64,000 nt of DNA from an uncultured Acidobacteriota bacterium (GCA_963813155.1 CAWEYG010000002.1:96001-160000), one strand, 5' to 3'. Counted from the stretch's first letter, positions 1 to 10,348 are shown. The notes: generated by a model not told the origin, from the letters alone. A program made the numbers and translations.

Positions 1-642
1 AAGTTCACGCAGCAGAAGCCCGGCGGCCTGGCGATCGAGGCGGGAACGTGGAGCGACGCGCTCGAAACGACCACGTTCGACGGCCGCCCCGCGCTCAAGC
101 GGACGCAGGTCGCGAAGTACGCGAAGGGAACCGTGCTCACGTTCGTGAACGTCTTCGACCCGAAGACGATGGAGCCGTTCACGGCCGACTACGAGCGCAG
201 CGACAACGGCGACACGCGCCACGTCGACTTCCGGCACGAGACGGTCACGTTCCGACATGTCCCCTCGAAGGGCGCGAAACCCGAGGAGTCCACCGTGAAG
301 CTCGACCGCTCCGTCTTCGACTTCTACGACGGGATGTACGGCGTTCTGATCTCGACCCTTCCCTTGAGCGACGGGTACGAGGCGGAAATCCCCGCGTTCG
401 ATACGACGAAGATGGCCGTCGACTGGGTTCCCGTCCGCGTCACGGCACGCGAGACCGTTCCCGCCGGCCCGGGAAAGACGGCGGAAACGTGGGTCGTCGA
501 AACGCCGACGAAGCAGTACGGAAAAATGACGTGGTGGGTCACGAAAGAAGCTCCGTACGTCATCAAGGCCGTGCTGGAAATCCTGAAGAACGAAGACGGC
601 TCGAAAGACGTCGCCGCCATCATCACGTACACGATCGTCTGA
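1..642 (+). CDS. DUF3108-like beta-rich protein, 5' end outside the window
   Basis: Frame 1 is open from base 1 to TGA at 640-642. C-terminal RVTARETVPAGPGKTAETWVVET...WWVTKEAP resembles DUF3108-type proteins. Confidence 0.6.
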   Translation, partial: KFTQQKPGGLAIEAGTWSDALETTTFDGRPALKRTQVAKYAKGTVLTFVNVFDPKTMEPFTADYERSDNGDTRHVDFRHETVTFRHVPSKGAKPEESTVKLDRSVFDFYDGMYGVLISTLPLSDGYEAEIPAFDTTKMAVDWVPVRVTARETVPAGPGKTAETWVVETPTKQYGKMTWWVTKEAPYVIKAVLEILKNEDGSKDVAAIITYTIV

Positions 643-653
643 GGAGGAACCCG

Positions 654-1202
654 ATGAAGATGTCCCCTAAACCGTATAGCCTCGCTCTCGCGGCCGCGCT
701 GCTCGCCGCGCTCCCGGGTCTCCGCGCCGCGACGCCCCCGTCCGCGCCGCCGTGCACGGGCCCCGAGTACAGCGGGCTCGACTTCTGGGTCGGGACCTGG
801 GACGCGAGCTGGCCGGACGGCGGCGGGACCCCCGCGGGCACGGCGACGAACCGGATCGAGAAAATCCTGGGAGGCTGCGTCATCTCGGAAAACTTCGAGG
901 CCGCCGGGCCCTCGCCGCTCATCGGAAAGAGCTATTCGACGTACAACCCGCGCCTGAAGAAATGGCAGCAGACCTGGGTCGACAACCAGAGCTCGTACCT
1001 CGCCCTCGACGGGGATTTCACGAACCCGGAAGGCAAGATCTTCGCGATGGACGCGGTCGGGCCCGACGGCAAGCCGCGCAAGCTCCGAATGGTCTTCAAG
1101 AACGTCACGGCGGAGGCGTTTGACTGGAGCTGGGAGCGCTCGACCGACGGCGGAAAGACCTGGCAGGTGCAGTGGCCGATCCACTACACCCGCAGGAAAT
1201 GA
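654..1202 (+). CDS. Secreted DUF1579-like protein (paralog 1)
   Basis: GAGGAGG SD before ATG 654. Signal peptide, then CTGPEYSGLDFWVGTW...GGCVISENF...WQQTWVDN...WERSTDGGKTW. Confidence 0.7.
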   Translation: MKMSPKPYSLALAAALLAALPGLRAATPPSAPPCTGPEYSGLDFWVGTWDASWPDGGGTPAGTATNRIEKILGGCVISENFEAAGPSPLIGKSYSTYNPRLKKWQQTWVDNQSSYLALDGDFTNPEGKIFAMDAVGPDGKPRKLRMVFKNVTAEAFDWSWERSTDGGKTWQVQWPIHYTRRK

Positions 1203-1726
1203 TCCGCCGGGCCTTCCGCGTCTCGCTCGCGGCGATCCTCCTGGCGCTCTTCTCAGCCAGGGCCCGCGCCGCGAGCTCACCCGAGCCGTGCTCCGCGCCG
1301 GAGTACAAGCAGTTCGACTTCTGGCTCGGCGAATGGGACGTCTCCCCTTCGCCCGGGCAGCCCGACGCCGGCAAAACCGACGCGGCGAGCCGCGAGGAGA
1401 AGATCCTCGGCGGATGCGTCCTCGTCGAGAACTACACCGAGAAGGCGGGATTCGCGGGCAAGAGCCTCAACTTCTACGACGGCCATCTCAAGAAATGGCG
1501 CCAGCTCTGGACCGACAGCGCCGGGAACATGAGCGAGTTCTCCGGCGAATTCAAAGACGGCGCCATGCGCTTCGAAGGGGAATCGCATACGGCGGGTGGA
1601 AAGAAGGCCTACCGCAGGATGATCTTCACGCCCGGCCCGAACACCGTGCGCCAGTACTCGGAGATTTCCGCGGAAGGAAAGACCTGGAAGTTCTTCTACG
1701 ACCTCACGTACGACCGGAAGAAATAG
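1199..1726 (+). CDS. Secreted DUF1579-like protein (paralog 2)
   Basis: ATGA overlap with the upstream gene. Signal peptide, then CSAPEYKQFDFWLGEW...GGCVLVENY...WRQLWTDS...EGKTW, clearly homologous to 654-1202. Confidence 0.7.
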   Translation: MIRRAFRVSLAAILLALFSARARAASSPEPCSAPEYKQFDFWLGEWDVSPSPGQPDAGKTDAASREEKILGGCVLVENYTEKAGFAGKSLNFYDGHLKKWRQLWTDSAGNMSEFSGEFKDGAMRFEGESHTAGGKKAYRRMIFTPGPNTVRQYSEISAEGKTWKFFYDLTYDRKK

Positions 1727-1732
1727 GATCTC

Positions 1733-4507
1733 TCAAGTTGGCAGGCGTTTATTGCTTTCGAGCAGGAGATCCAACTCTTCCGAGGTAATCGCCGGGCTGT
1801 AGAGAAACCCTTGCAGGTCGTCACACTGGTTTTCGCAGAGAAACCGCAACTGTTCCGCGGTTTCAACACCCTCGGCAACAACGCGAAGTCGAAGCTCGTG
1901 CGCCATCACGATCGAAGCCCGAACGATGGAAGCATCGTTGGGATCGGTCGCGACGTCGCGAATGAAGGAGCGGTCGATCTTCACCGTGTTGACGGGGAGC
2001 ATTTTCAGATAGTTCAGGGACGAATATCCGGTCCCGAAGTCGTCCATGGTGATTCCGATGCCGAGGCTTCGGAGCTCTCGAAGCATCACGAGGCTGACGT
2101 CGAGATTCTGCATGGCGACACTCTCGGTGACCTCGAGGGACAAAGCTTCGGCGGGCAAGCCCGTGTCCTCGAGGATTCGGCGCACGTTCGCGACGAATCC
2201 CCGCTCCTGGAGCTGGCGAACGGAGAGGTTCACGGAGACGGAGAGGTCCCGGCCCCACTTGTTTCGCCACGACACCGTCTCCCGGCACGCCTCCTGCAGA
2301 ACGAAAGTGCCGAGCTCGAGGATCAGACCGGAGTCCTCGGCAAGTGAAACGAAATCGTCGGGAAGAAGAAGCCCGCGCTCCGGGTGTTGCCAGCGCACGA
2401 GAGCCTCGGCGCCGATGACCTCTCCGTCGCGGAGCCGGACGACCGGCTGAAAGTACACCTTGAATTCGGATCTCTCGATTGCCCGATGGAGCTGGGTCTC
2501 GAGGGCCAGGCGATCGACTCCGCCCGGATCGGCGTCGTGCGAGTAGTACTGAAAGTTGTCACGGCCCCTCTGCTTTGCGGCATACATCGCCGCGTCGGCG
2601 TGCTTGACGAGAGTGTCGGCGTCCTCGCCGTCAACCGGAAAAATGCTGATCCCCGTGCTGATCGTGACGAACATTTCGCGATCCGCGACCTGGAACGGCT
2701 TTCGAAAGCTCTGTTGAATCTTTCGGGCGACGGAGCCGGCGTTCTCGGATCGATCCAGCTTCGAAAGCAAAACCAGGAATTCATCGCCGCCGAGGCGAGA
2801 GAGTGTGTCGGATTCCCGGACCATCCCCGAAAGGCGGTCCGCGACTTCCTTCAGGAGCAGATCGCCGACCCGATGCCCCAGGCTGTCGTTGATGACCTTG
2901 AACCGGTCGAGGTCGATGAAGAGCACGGCGAGCGGATGGCGTTCGCGGCGCGCGCTGGCCAGGGCGACGTTGAGCCTGTCCTCGAGGCGGATCCGGTTCG
3001 CAAGACCGGTCAGGGCGTCCTGGAATGCGAGACGTTCGATCTGCTTTTCCGCACGTTTCTTCTCGATCGCCGCCGCGATGTGCTGGGAAACGAACACGAG
3101 AAGGTCCTTCTCCCGTTCGCCGTATCGGATCCTCTCGGTGTAGCTCTGGACGGCCAGGACGCCGAAGGTCCGGTCGCCTGTCCGAAGCGGGACGCCCAAC
3201 CAGTCGACTGCGGTGGCTCCCCGCGATACGATCTTCCCGCCGGCGTCCAATTCCCCGATTTCGTCCTCGGTCAGCAGGAGAGGCCTCCCGGTGCTGATGA
3301 TGTGACCGGTCAATCCCTGGCCGGGTTTGAGCGGAGGCGGCGGAGAATCGAACTCATCCACGAAATACGGAAATCGAATCTCCCCCGTGGCTTCATCGGA
3401 AAGCGCGATGAAGAAGTTCTGGGCGTACATGAGCTCGCTGATGACTCGATGCAGCTCGGCATAGAAGGAGTCGAGGTCCTCGGCGGCGTTCGTGATCTCC
3501 GCAATCCGGTAAAGCGCCGCCTGGCCCCTCTCGGCGCGCTTCTGGTCGGTGATGTCGCGGGCGATCGTCGAGGCACCGATGACTTTGCCGCCCGGCCCCA
3601 GGATCCGCGACATCGTCAAAGACACGACGATCTTCGTGCCGTCCTTTCGCAACCCCTCTGTCTCATAGGACTCGAGGACCTCTCCGCGTTTCAGTTTCTC
3701 CAGGGTTCCGGGGTTCGTCCCCGCCCGTTCGGAAGAGATCAGCAGGTCGATTTTCTTTCCGAGAACCTCCCCCGCCGAATACCCGTAAATCGATTCCGCC
3801 CCCTTGTTCCAGCTCGTGATTTCCCCGCTCAGGCTCTCTCCGATGACCGCGTCTCTCGAGGATTCGACGATCGCGGCTTCGATCGGCCGCGCGATCCTCG
3901 CGGCAAGCCGGCGTGCCACGAGCGCCATCACGGCGAGGGATCCGAGCATAAGACCCGTAAACGGCAGGGCCAGCGCCTTCATGGTGTGGATCAGCGAGCG
4001 GTAGTTGAACACGTAGAGAACTGAGCTCTCGTGGCGGCCCCATTCTTCGACGTAGGGAGAGACAATCATGAGAATGGGCCCCAGGTGCGGGTCGCTCGCG
4101 TGAAAAACGCGGAAGTGCAGTTTCGCCGAGGCTTCGATGAGTCGACGATCCTCCAACCTGCGGACCGGACGGTCCAGCTCGAGGTTGTAGTCGATGCTTT
4201 CGAGCGAGTCGTAGAGCACCTCGCCGGAGACCGAAAGGACCAGGATGCGCTGAACGTCCTGGTTCAACTCCATCGTGCTGCGAACGATCTCCAGGAATTT
4301 GTACGAGCCGGAGTCGTAATAGACGCGGTAGCCCTGGCAAATCTGGTCGTTGGTCGTCTGAGCGAACATCAACGCGTTGTTTTCGAGGAGTTTCTTCTCG
4401 TCGCGATAACGCACAAAGACGAGCGACGCGGCCACGAGAACCAGCAGGATTCCCGTCACTCCCGCCAGGACGAGCTCGAAACGGCGCGTGAGAGTGCGAG
4501 GTCTCAT
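1733..4507 (-). CDS. Membrane-anchored PAS-GAF-GGDEF-EAL c-di-GMP cyclase/phosphodiesterase
   Basis: True start MRPRTLTRR at 4507. Two TM helices flank a periplasmic domain. PAS (ITSWNKGAESIYGY), GAF (DWLGVPL), RLGGDEF, EALVRW, DDFGTGYSSL, AEGVET. Confidence 0.9.
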   Translation of the reverse strand: MRPRTLTRRFELVLAGVTGILLVLVAASLVFVRYRDEKKLLENNALMFAQTTNDQICQGYRVYYDSGSYKFLEIVRSTMELNQDVQRILVLSVSGEVLYDSLESIDYNLELDRPVRRLEDRRLIEASAKLHFRVFHASDPHLGPILMIVSPYVEEWGRHESSVLYVFNYRSLIHTMKALALPFTGLMLGSLAVMALVARRLAARIARPIEAAIVESSRDAVIGESLSGEITSWNKGAESIYGYSAGEVLGKKIDLLISSERAGTNPGTLEKLKRGEVLESYETEGLRKDGTKIVVSLTMSRILGPGGKVIGASTIARDITDQKRAERGQAALYRIAEITNAAEDLDSFYAELHRVISELMYAQNFFIALSDEATGEIRFPYFVDEFDSPPPPLKPGQGLTGHIISTGRPLLLTEDEIGELDAGGKIVSRGATAVDWLGVPLRTGDRTFGVLAVQSYTERIRYGEREKDLLVFVSQHIAAAIEKKRAEKQIERLAFQDALTGLANRIRLEDRLNVALASARRERHPLAVLFIDLDRFKVINDSLGHRVGDLLLKEVADRLSGMVRESDTLSRLGGDEFLVLLSKLDRSENAGSVARKIQQSFRKPFQVADREMFVTISTGISIFPVDGEDADTLVKHADAAMYAAKQRGRDNFQYYSHDADPGGVDRLALETQLHRAIERSEFKVYFQPVVRLRDGEVIGAEALVRWQHPERGLLLPDDFVSLAEDSGLILELGTFVLQEACRETVSWRNKWGRDLSVSVNLSVRQLQERGFVANVRRILEDTGLPAEALSLEVTESVAMQNLDVSLVMLRELRSLGIGITMDDFGTGYSSLNYLKMLPVNTVKIDRSFIRDVATDPNDASIVRASIVMAHELRLRVVAEGVETAEQLRFLCENQCDDLQGFLYSPAITSEELDLLLESNKRLPT

Positions 4508-4983
4508 TTCCCCTTGACGGTCAGGAACAGCTCGTTTCCGTTCGCGACTTCCGTCGCCGCGGACAGGAAAGCGTCCTTGACCGGGATCGAGCCGACCCAG
4601 CCTCGCACGAGCGTCTGCTGCGTGTCGTCGAGCTTTCGGAACACTTCGGAATAGAGCTTCGCCGCGGCGAGCGAGACGGAGAGCTCCGCGTCCGCGACGT
4701 CGCAGGATCGCTCGCGCACGAGCGCTTCGTCGAAGTCCGGCTTCGCGATCGCCTCGCGCAGAGAAACGCGCGCGGCGTCTTCGCGGTCGAGCAGGCCGCG
4801 AACCTCTTTCTGGTTGCGCAGCAGGAGAAAGAAGATCTCGGAGCGCTGCTCCGTCGTCAGCTGCAGCTTCGCGGCGACGCGGTCGAAGAGGTGGAGCGCC
4901 TCGAGTTTCGTGAGCGCGGACGCGGGCGCGGAGAGGAACAGCGCGAGAAGGATCGGCGAAAGGACGCGGGACACGTGGCGCAT
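4504..4983 (-). CDS. Spy/CpxP/ZraP-like periplasmic helical protein
   Basis: Signal peptide, two LTxxQ-like motifs (LQLTTEQR, LDDTQQ) and PDFDEALVR. Its stop overlaps the ATG of the GGDEF-EAL gene. Confidence 0.7.
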   Translation of the reverse strand: MRHVSRVLSPILLALFLSAPASALTKLEALHLFDRVAAKLQLTTEQRSEIFFLLLRNQKEVRGLLDREDAARVSLREAIAKPDFDEALVRERSCDVADAELSVSLAAAKLYSEVFRKLDDTQQTLVRGWVGSIPVKDAFLSAATEVANGNELFLTVKGK

Positions 4984-5033
4984 GACGGGCACCTCGGGAA
5001 GAGTTTAGCTCGTTGAATAGGCGAGCGAGCCCC

Positions 5034-7268
5034 TTATCCCGCGGCCGGCGCTTCCGGGTAGAGCTTCTCGAACTCGGGATCGCCATGGATCAGCGCGAGC
5101 GACGAATCGCGCCGCGCCCAGTCCGAGTCCCGGAAACCGGCGCGCCACGCCTTCGTCAGCGCCTCCAGCGCGTCGGGCTTCCTCTTGATCGAGCAGAACG
5201 TGCAGGCGGCGTTGTAGAGCACCAGCGCGTCGTTCGGGCGAAGCAGCATGGCGAGATTCGTCTCCCGAATGGCGTCGTCCTCGCGCCCGTCGTCCGCGTA
5301 ATAGCCGCTGAGGAGGATCCGCGCCCGCGCGTCTTCCGGGATCTCGCGCAGCTGACCCTCCAGCGCCTGGATCATCCGCTGCCGAATGTTCTTCTCCGCT
5401 TCCTCTTTTCCCAGCGCGGAGAGCGAATTCAGGATCGGCACATAGACGTTGTAGTCGGTGCCGCTCGCTTCGATCGCCTGCTCGGCGATGCTCGCGACTT
5501 CCGAATACTTCCCGGAAGCGTACAGCGCCCGCAGCAGCAGGTAGTAAGCGCCCTCGCAGTCGGGCTTGCGGGCGATCACGTTGCGGACGATCGCGGTGAG
5601 CTCGTCGTACTGGCCCTTCGCGTAGAGGATCCAGGCCTGGGCGACCATGACCTCCACGACGTCGGGCTGCAGCGCCATCGCCCGCTCGGCCGCGGATCGC
5701 GCCCGGTGGATCCAGACGTCTTCGCGGGCATAGTTCGTGTGGTAGTACGCGCACACGTTGGCAATGGCCGCGTAGGCGATCGCGAACTTCGGGTCCTGCG
5801 TCACCGCGTTCTCGAGCATCTGGAGCGCGAACTCCAGGTCCTGCCGCGTCAGGCGGCGGGCATAGCTGCGCCCGCGCAGGTAGAGGTCGTAGGCCTGCAG
5901 GTTGTCGGTCGGCTTCGCGGCGAGCGCCGCCTGCTCCTGCTGCGAGAGCTTGATCCGCAGCGCCTCGGCGATCTTGCGCGCGATCTCGTCCTGCACTTCG
6001 AAGACGTCTTTCATCTCCCGGTCGTAGCGCTCGGACCAGACCGGATAGCCCGTGGCCGCGTCGACGAGCTGGGTCGTGATGCGAAGCCGGTCGCCCGCGC
6101 GCCGGATGCTTCCCTCCAGCACGTAGGCGGCCCCGAGCTGCTGACCCACCTGCGACGACGTGACCGGCTTGTCCCGGAATGCCAGCACCATGGAACGCGG
6201 GTTGATCCGGAGGCCTTCGATCTTCGACAGCTCCGTGATGATGTCTTCGGTGATGCCGTCGCGGAAGTATTCGTCTTCCTTCGCGCCGCTCAGGTTCTCG
6301 AAATACAGGACGGCGACCGACTTTTCGGCGGCTTTCGCGGAACCGCCCTTCGAATCGGAAAGCTCGGCCGTGCGTTTCTCGCCGGACTCGACCTTGCGCT
6401 TCAGCCGCAGGAGGTCGGTCTTGAGCTCCGTCGCCGTCTGATAGCGAAGCTGGCGGTCTTTCTCGAGAGCCTTCTCGAGGATCGGAGCGAGACCGGCCGG
6501 CAGAGACGGGTTGATCTCCGAGAGGGGTTTCGGCTCGCGATTGAGGATCGCCTCGAAGACGACCGCGTCCGTATCGCCCTGGAACGGCATCTCCCCCGTC
6601 GCCATCTGGTAGAGCACGGCGCCGAGCGAGAAGAGATCCGTCCGCGCGTCGGTCAGCTGGCCGCGCGCCTGCTCCGGCGACATGTAATGCACGGTGCCCA
6701 TCACCGTTCCGGCGATCGTCAACGGGCCGGAGCCGACGGAAGTCTCCAGCTTGGAGACGTCCTCGCCCTTCCGGGTTGCCTCCGCCTCGACCTTCGCGAG
6801 GCCGAAGTCGAGGATCTTCACCTGCCCGCGGTCGTTGACCATCAGGTTGGCCGGCTTCAGGTCCCGATGCGCGATGCCCTTGGAGTGGGCCGACTCGAGC
6901 GCGTCGGCGATCTGGATGCCGAGGTCGAGCACGCCGGGGAGATCGATCGCGCGCTTGCCCGCCATCCGCTCGGCGAGCGTCGAGCCCTTGAGGAGCTCCA
7001 TCACGATGAACGGCCGCCCCTGGTGCTGCTGGATCGAAAAGACGGTGCAGATGCCCGGATGATTCAGCGCGGACGCGGCGCGCGCCTCGCGCTTGAAGCG
7101 CTCCAGCATCGGAGCGTCGTCCCGCAGGCCTTCGGAGAGGACCTTGATCGCGACGTGGCGGCCGAGCTCCGTGTCCTCGGCCTCGTAGACCATGCCCATG
7201 CCGCCGAACCCGAGCTGCCCGACGATCCGATAGTGCGCGATGGTCTGCCCGACGAGAGACTCCGCCAT
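5034..7268 (-). CDS. Ser/Thr protein kinase with TolB-like domain and TPR repeats
   Basis: LGFGGMGMVY, VAIKVL, HRDLKPAN, DFGLAK, YMSPEQ. Then KSVAVLYFENLS...DGITEDIITELS and helical TPR repeats. Confidence 0.92.
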   Translation of the reverse strand: MAESLVGQTIAHYRIVGQLGFGGMGMVYEAEDTELGRHVAIKVLSEGLRDDAPMLERFKREARAASALNHPGICTVFSIQQHQGRPFIVMELLKGSTLAERMAGKRAIDLPGVLDLGIQIADALESAHSKGIAHRDLKPANLMVNDRGQVKILDFGLAKVEAEATRKGEDVSKLETSVGSGPLTIAGTVMGTVHYMSPEQARGQLTDARTDLFSLGAVLYQMATGEMPFQGDTDAVVFEAILNREPKPLSEINPSLPAGLAPILEKALEKDRQLRYQTATELKTDLLRLKRKVESGEKRTAELSDSKGGSAKAAEKSVAVLYFENLSGAKEDEYFRDGITEDIITELSKIEGLRINPRSMVLAFRDKPVTSSQVGQQLGAAYVLEGSIRRAGDRLRITTQLVDAATGYPVWSERYDREMKDVFEVQDEIARKIAEALRIKLSQQEQAALAAKPTDNLQAYDLYLRGRSYARRLTRQDLEFALQMLENAVTQDPKFAIAYAAIANVCAYYHTNYAREDVWIHRARSAAERAMALQPDVVEVMVAQAWILYAKGQYDELTAIVRNVIARKPDCEGAYYLLLRALYASGKYSEVASIAEQAIEASGTDYNVYVPILNSLSALGKEEAEKNIRQRMIQALEGQLREIPEDARARILLSGYYADDGREDDAIRETNLAMLLRPNDALVLYNAACTFCSIKRKPDALEALTKAWRAGFRDSDWARRDSSLALIHGDPEFEKLYPEAPAAG

Positions 7269-7270
7269 CG

Positions 7271-9503
7271 CTAGTTCCCTTCCGCTTTTTCGGGATACAG
7301 CTTTTCGAATTCGGGGAGGTCGTGGAGAAGAGCGAGGTCGGGATCGCGGCGAGCCCAGTCTGCGTCTTTGAATCCCGCCTTCCAGGCCTTGGTAAGCGCG
7401 TCCATTGCCTCGCTGTTCCTACCGAGCTTGCAGAAGGTACAGGCGGCGTTGTAGTGCACGGTCGCCTCGTTGGGACGGAGCAACATTGCGAGGTTCGCTT
7501 CGCGAATGGCATCGACTTCGCGCCCCTCCTCCGCGTAGTAGCTCGCAATCAAGATTCGCGCCCGCGCATCTTCCGGATTTTCGCGCACATGGTTCTCGAT
7601 CGCCTGGATCGCCCGCTGGCGAATATTCCGGGCCGTGTCATCCTTGCCGAGCGCGCCGAGAGAATTGATGATCGGGACGTACACGTTGTAGTCCGTGCCG
7701 CTCGACTCGATCGCCTCTTCCGCGATTTTCGCAACCTCCGAGTAGCGTCCCGCCGTGAAGAGCGCCCGGAGCAGAAGGTAATACGCCCCCTCCGCGTCCC
7801 TCTTGCGAGCGATCACCGTGCGCACGATCTCGACCGCGTCGTCGTATTGACCCCGCGCATAGAGGGTCCAGGCCTGTGCCGCCATCACCTCGGGGAGATC
7901 GGGTTGAAGGGCTGCGGCCCGCTCCGACGCGGCCCGCGCCCGATCGATCCACGCGGGCTCGCGGGACAGGCTGTAGTGATACAGGGCGCAGACGTTGGCG
8001 ATCGCGGCATAGGCGAGCGCGAAGTTCGGGTCCTGAGTGACGGCGTTCTCGAACATCTGCAGCGCGAACTCGAGATCCTGACGCGTCAGGCGGCGGGCGT
8101 AGCTTCGGCCTCGAAGGTAGAGGTCGTACGCCTGCAGGTTGTCTGTCGGCTTGGCCGCGAGCGCCTCCCGCTCCTGCCTTGACAGTTTGATCCGCAGCGC
8201 CTCGGCAATCTTACGCGCGATTTCGTCCTGCACCTCGAAGACGTCCTGCATCTCACGGTCGTAGCGCTCGCTCCAGAGGAGCGAATCGGTTCCCGCGTCG
8301 AGGAGCTGCGCGCTGATCCGCAGGCGGTTGCCGCCGCGGCGGATGCTGCCCGCGAGCACGCAGGCGGCCTTCAGCTGCTGGCCGACCTGAGCGGTCGCGA
8401 CCGGCTTGTCCCGGAAGGGCAGCACGGCCTGGCGCGAGAGCACCTTGAGCCCCCCGATTTTCGACAGCTCGGTGATGATGTCCTCCGTGATGCCGTCCCG
8501 AAGGTATTCGTCCTCCTTGGTGCCGCTCAGGTTCTCGAAATAGAGCACGGCGACCGACTTCTCGGGTAATTCTGCGGATCCACTCTTCGAATCCGAGAGC
8601 CCGGCGGCGCTCTTCTGTCCCGAATCGAGCTTGCGCTTCAGACGCATCAGGTCGGTCTTGAGGTCCGTCGCCGTCTGGTAGCGCAGTTGCCGATCCTTCT
8701 CCAGGGCCTTGTCCAGGATCTGCGCGAGCCCGGCAGGCATCGAGGGGTTGACGTCTTCAATCGGCCGGGGGTCGCGATTGAGGATCGCTTCGAACACGAC
8801 GGCGTCCGTATCGCCCTGGAACGGCATCTCCCCCGTCGCCATCTGATAGAGCACGGCGCCGAGCGAAAAGAGATCCGTCCGGGCGTCGGTCAGCTGGCCT
8901 CGCGCCTGCTCCGGCGACATGTAGTGGACGGTGCCCATGACCGTGCCGGCGACCGTCAATGGTCCCGTGCCGGCGGACGTCTCGAGTTTCGAAACCTCCT
9001 CGCCCTTTTCGGTCGGGGCGACTTCGAACTTCGCGAGGCCGAAGTCGAGGATCTTGACCTGTCCGCGGTCGTTGATCATGAGATTTGCGGGCTTGAGATC
9101 CCGATGCGCGATGCCCTTGGAGTGGGCGGACTCCAGCGCGTCGGCGATCTGGATGCCGAGGTCGAGCAGCTCGGGAAGATCGATCGCGCGCTTGCCCGCC
9201 ATCCGCTCCGCGAGCGTCGAGCCTTTGATGAGCTCCATCACGATGAACGGGCGCCCTTCGTGCTGCTCGATCGCGAAGACCGTGCAGATGCCCGGGGTGA
9301 TTCAGGGCCGAGGCGGCGCGCGCCTCCCGCTTGAAGCGCTCCAGCATTCCCCCGTCGTTCTGCGAGTTTGCGGAAAGAACCTTGATCGCGACGTGGCGAC
9401 CCAGCTCGGTGTCTTCGGCGTCGTAGACCATCCCCATGCCGCCGAATCCCAGCTGCCCGACGATTCTGTAGTGCGCGATGGTCTGCCCGACCAGCGATTC
9501 CAT
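7271..9503 (-). CDS. Ser/Thr protein kinase with TolB-like domain and TPR repeats (tandem paralog; apparent +1 frameshift near 9295)
   Basis: Starts MESLVGQTIAHY at 9503. One extra base in the G run at 9294-9297 compared with the paralog (atgcccggggtgatt vs atgcccggatgatt) joins it to the 7271-9241 ORF. Confidence 0.88.
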
Positions 9504-9563
9504 GAGTGTCCTCCGATGCCGCGATGCAGAAGAGCAAGATATCACGGGGCACATTCCGACCGG

Positions 9564-9673
9564 GCGGGTCCCGTCGCGGGACTCGCTCCGCTTTTCCGCT
9601 CGCCGCGAGCCTGAGGACTTTGCTACACCTGCGTCGCGAGCGGCAAAAGGGAGTCTCGCCCCGCGCCACCCGC
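9564..9673 (+). repeat. 110-bp self-complementary repeat element, copy 1
   Basis: 106/110 identical by eye to the reverse complement of 14020-14129. Ends GCGGGT...ACCCGC, inner stem CTTTTCCGCTCGC/GCGAGCGGCAAAAG. Confidence 0.9.
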
Positions 9674-9967
9674 CCGGCCCCGCCCCGAGCGAAGATCCGC
9701 GAGGGATTGCGTCGTTCGAGGCGCGACGGCGGCTGTCGCGAGGGAGGGAATCGGCCTTGTCTGAGCTGGAGTTCTTCCACTCGAAGAGAAAGGAGAACTC
9801 CGGGGGCACCGGCATGAGGGGCAAAGCGATATCGCGAGTTGCGATTCCCGAGCGAGCGAGTTGCCGCCGGCACGCCGCGCAGATGTCGACACTCAGGCCG
9901 AAGAACTCCGCCAACCCGTAAACCCTCCGCTCGCCCTCCTCGTCTGAACGGGTGGAGGTAAAGAACG

Positions 9968-10297
9968 ATGACCACACTTCAGCGACGATCGCAGGCTGCC
10001 CTCGGAGCTCTTTGTTTCGCGCTGCTTTCCACCACCGCGTTCGGCGGAGAGATCCAGCAGCGCAAGGAGAATCAGCAGCAACGCATCGGCCAGGGCGTCG
10101 AGAGCGGACAGCTCACGGCCGGGGAAACGGCGAACCTGGAGAACAAGGAGACGCGCCTGAACCGCGAAGAGCGCGACATGCGCGAGGACAACGGCGGAAA
10201 GCTCACCGCGAAAGACCGCACCCAGATCAACCGCCAGCAGAACCACCTGTCGCGGAACATCTATCGCGACAAGCACAACGCCCGCACCCGGCACTGA
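9968..10297 (+). CDS. Small secreted conserved hypothetical protein
   Basis: GGAGG SD and signal peptide. RKENQQQRIGQGVESGQLT...GGKLT...NRQQNHLSRNIYRDKHN is a recurrent hypothetical family. Confidence 0.8.
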   Translation: MTTLQRRSQAALGALCFALLSTTAFGGEIQQRKENQQQRIGQGVESGQLTAGETANLENKETRLNREERDMREDNGGKLTAKDRTQINRQQNHLSRNIYRDKHNARTRH

Positions 10298-10302
10298 AGC
10301 TC

Positions 10303-10348
10303 GCGCGCGGGTAGTGTCCGGGATCACGCCGGGACCCTACCCGCGCGC
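10303..10348 (+). terminator. GC-rich hairpin after the 9968-10297 gene
   Basis: 12-bp inverted repeat GCGCGCGGGTAG...CTACCCGCGCGC. No clear U-tract. Confidence 0.4.

Noticed and set aside
9815-9875. Possible c-di-GMP-I riboswitch (GGCAAAGC...AGCGAGTTGCCG) upstream of the 9968 gene
   Set aside because: I could not place the GNRA tetraloop/receptor and P2/P3 architecture. Resemblance is limited to short ends; a cmscan against Rfam would settle it.
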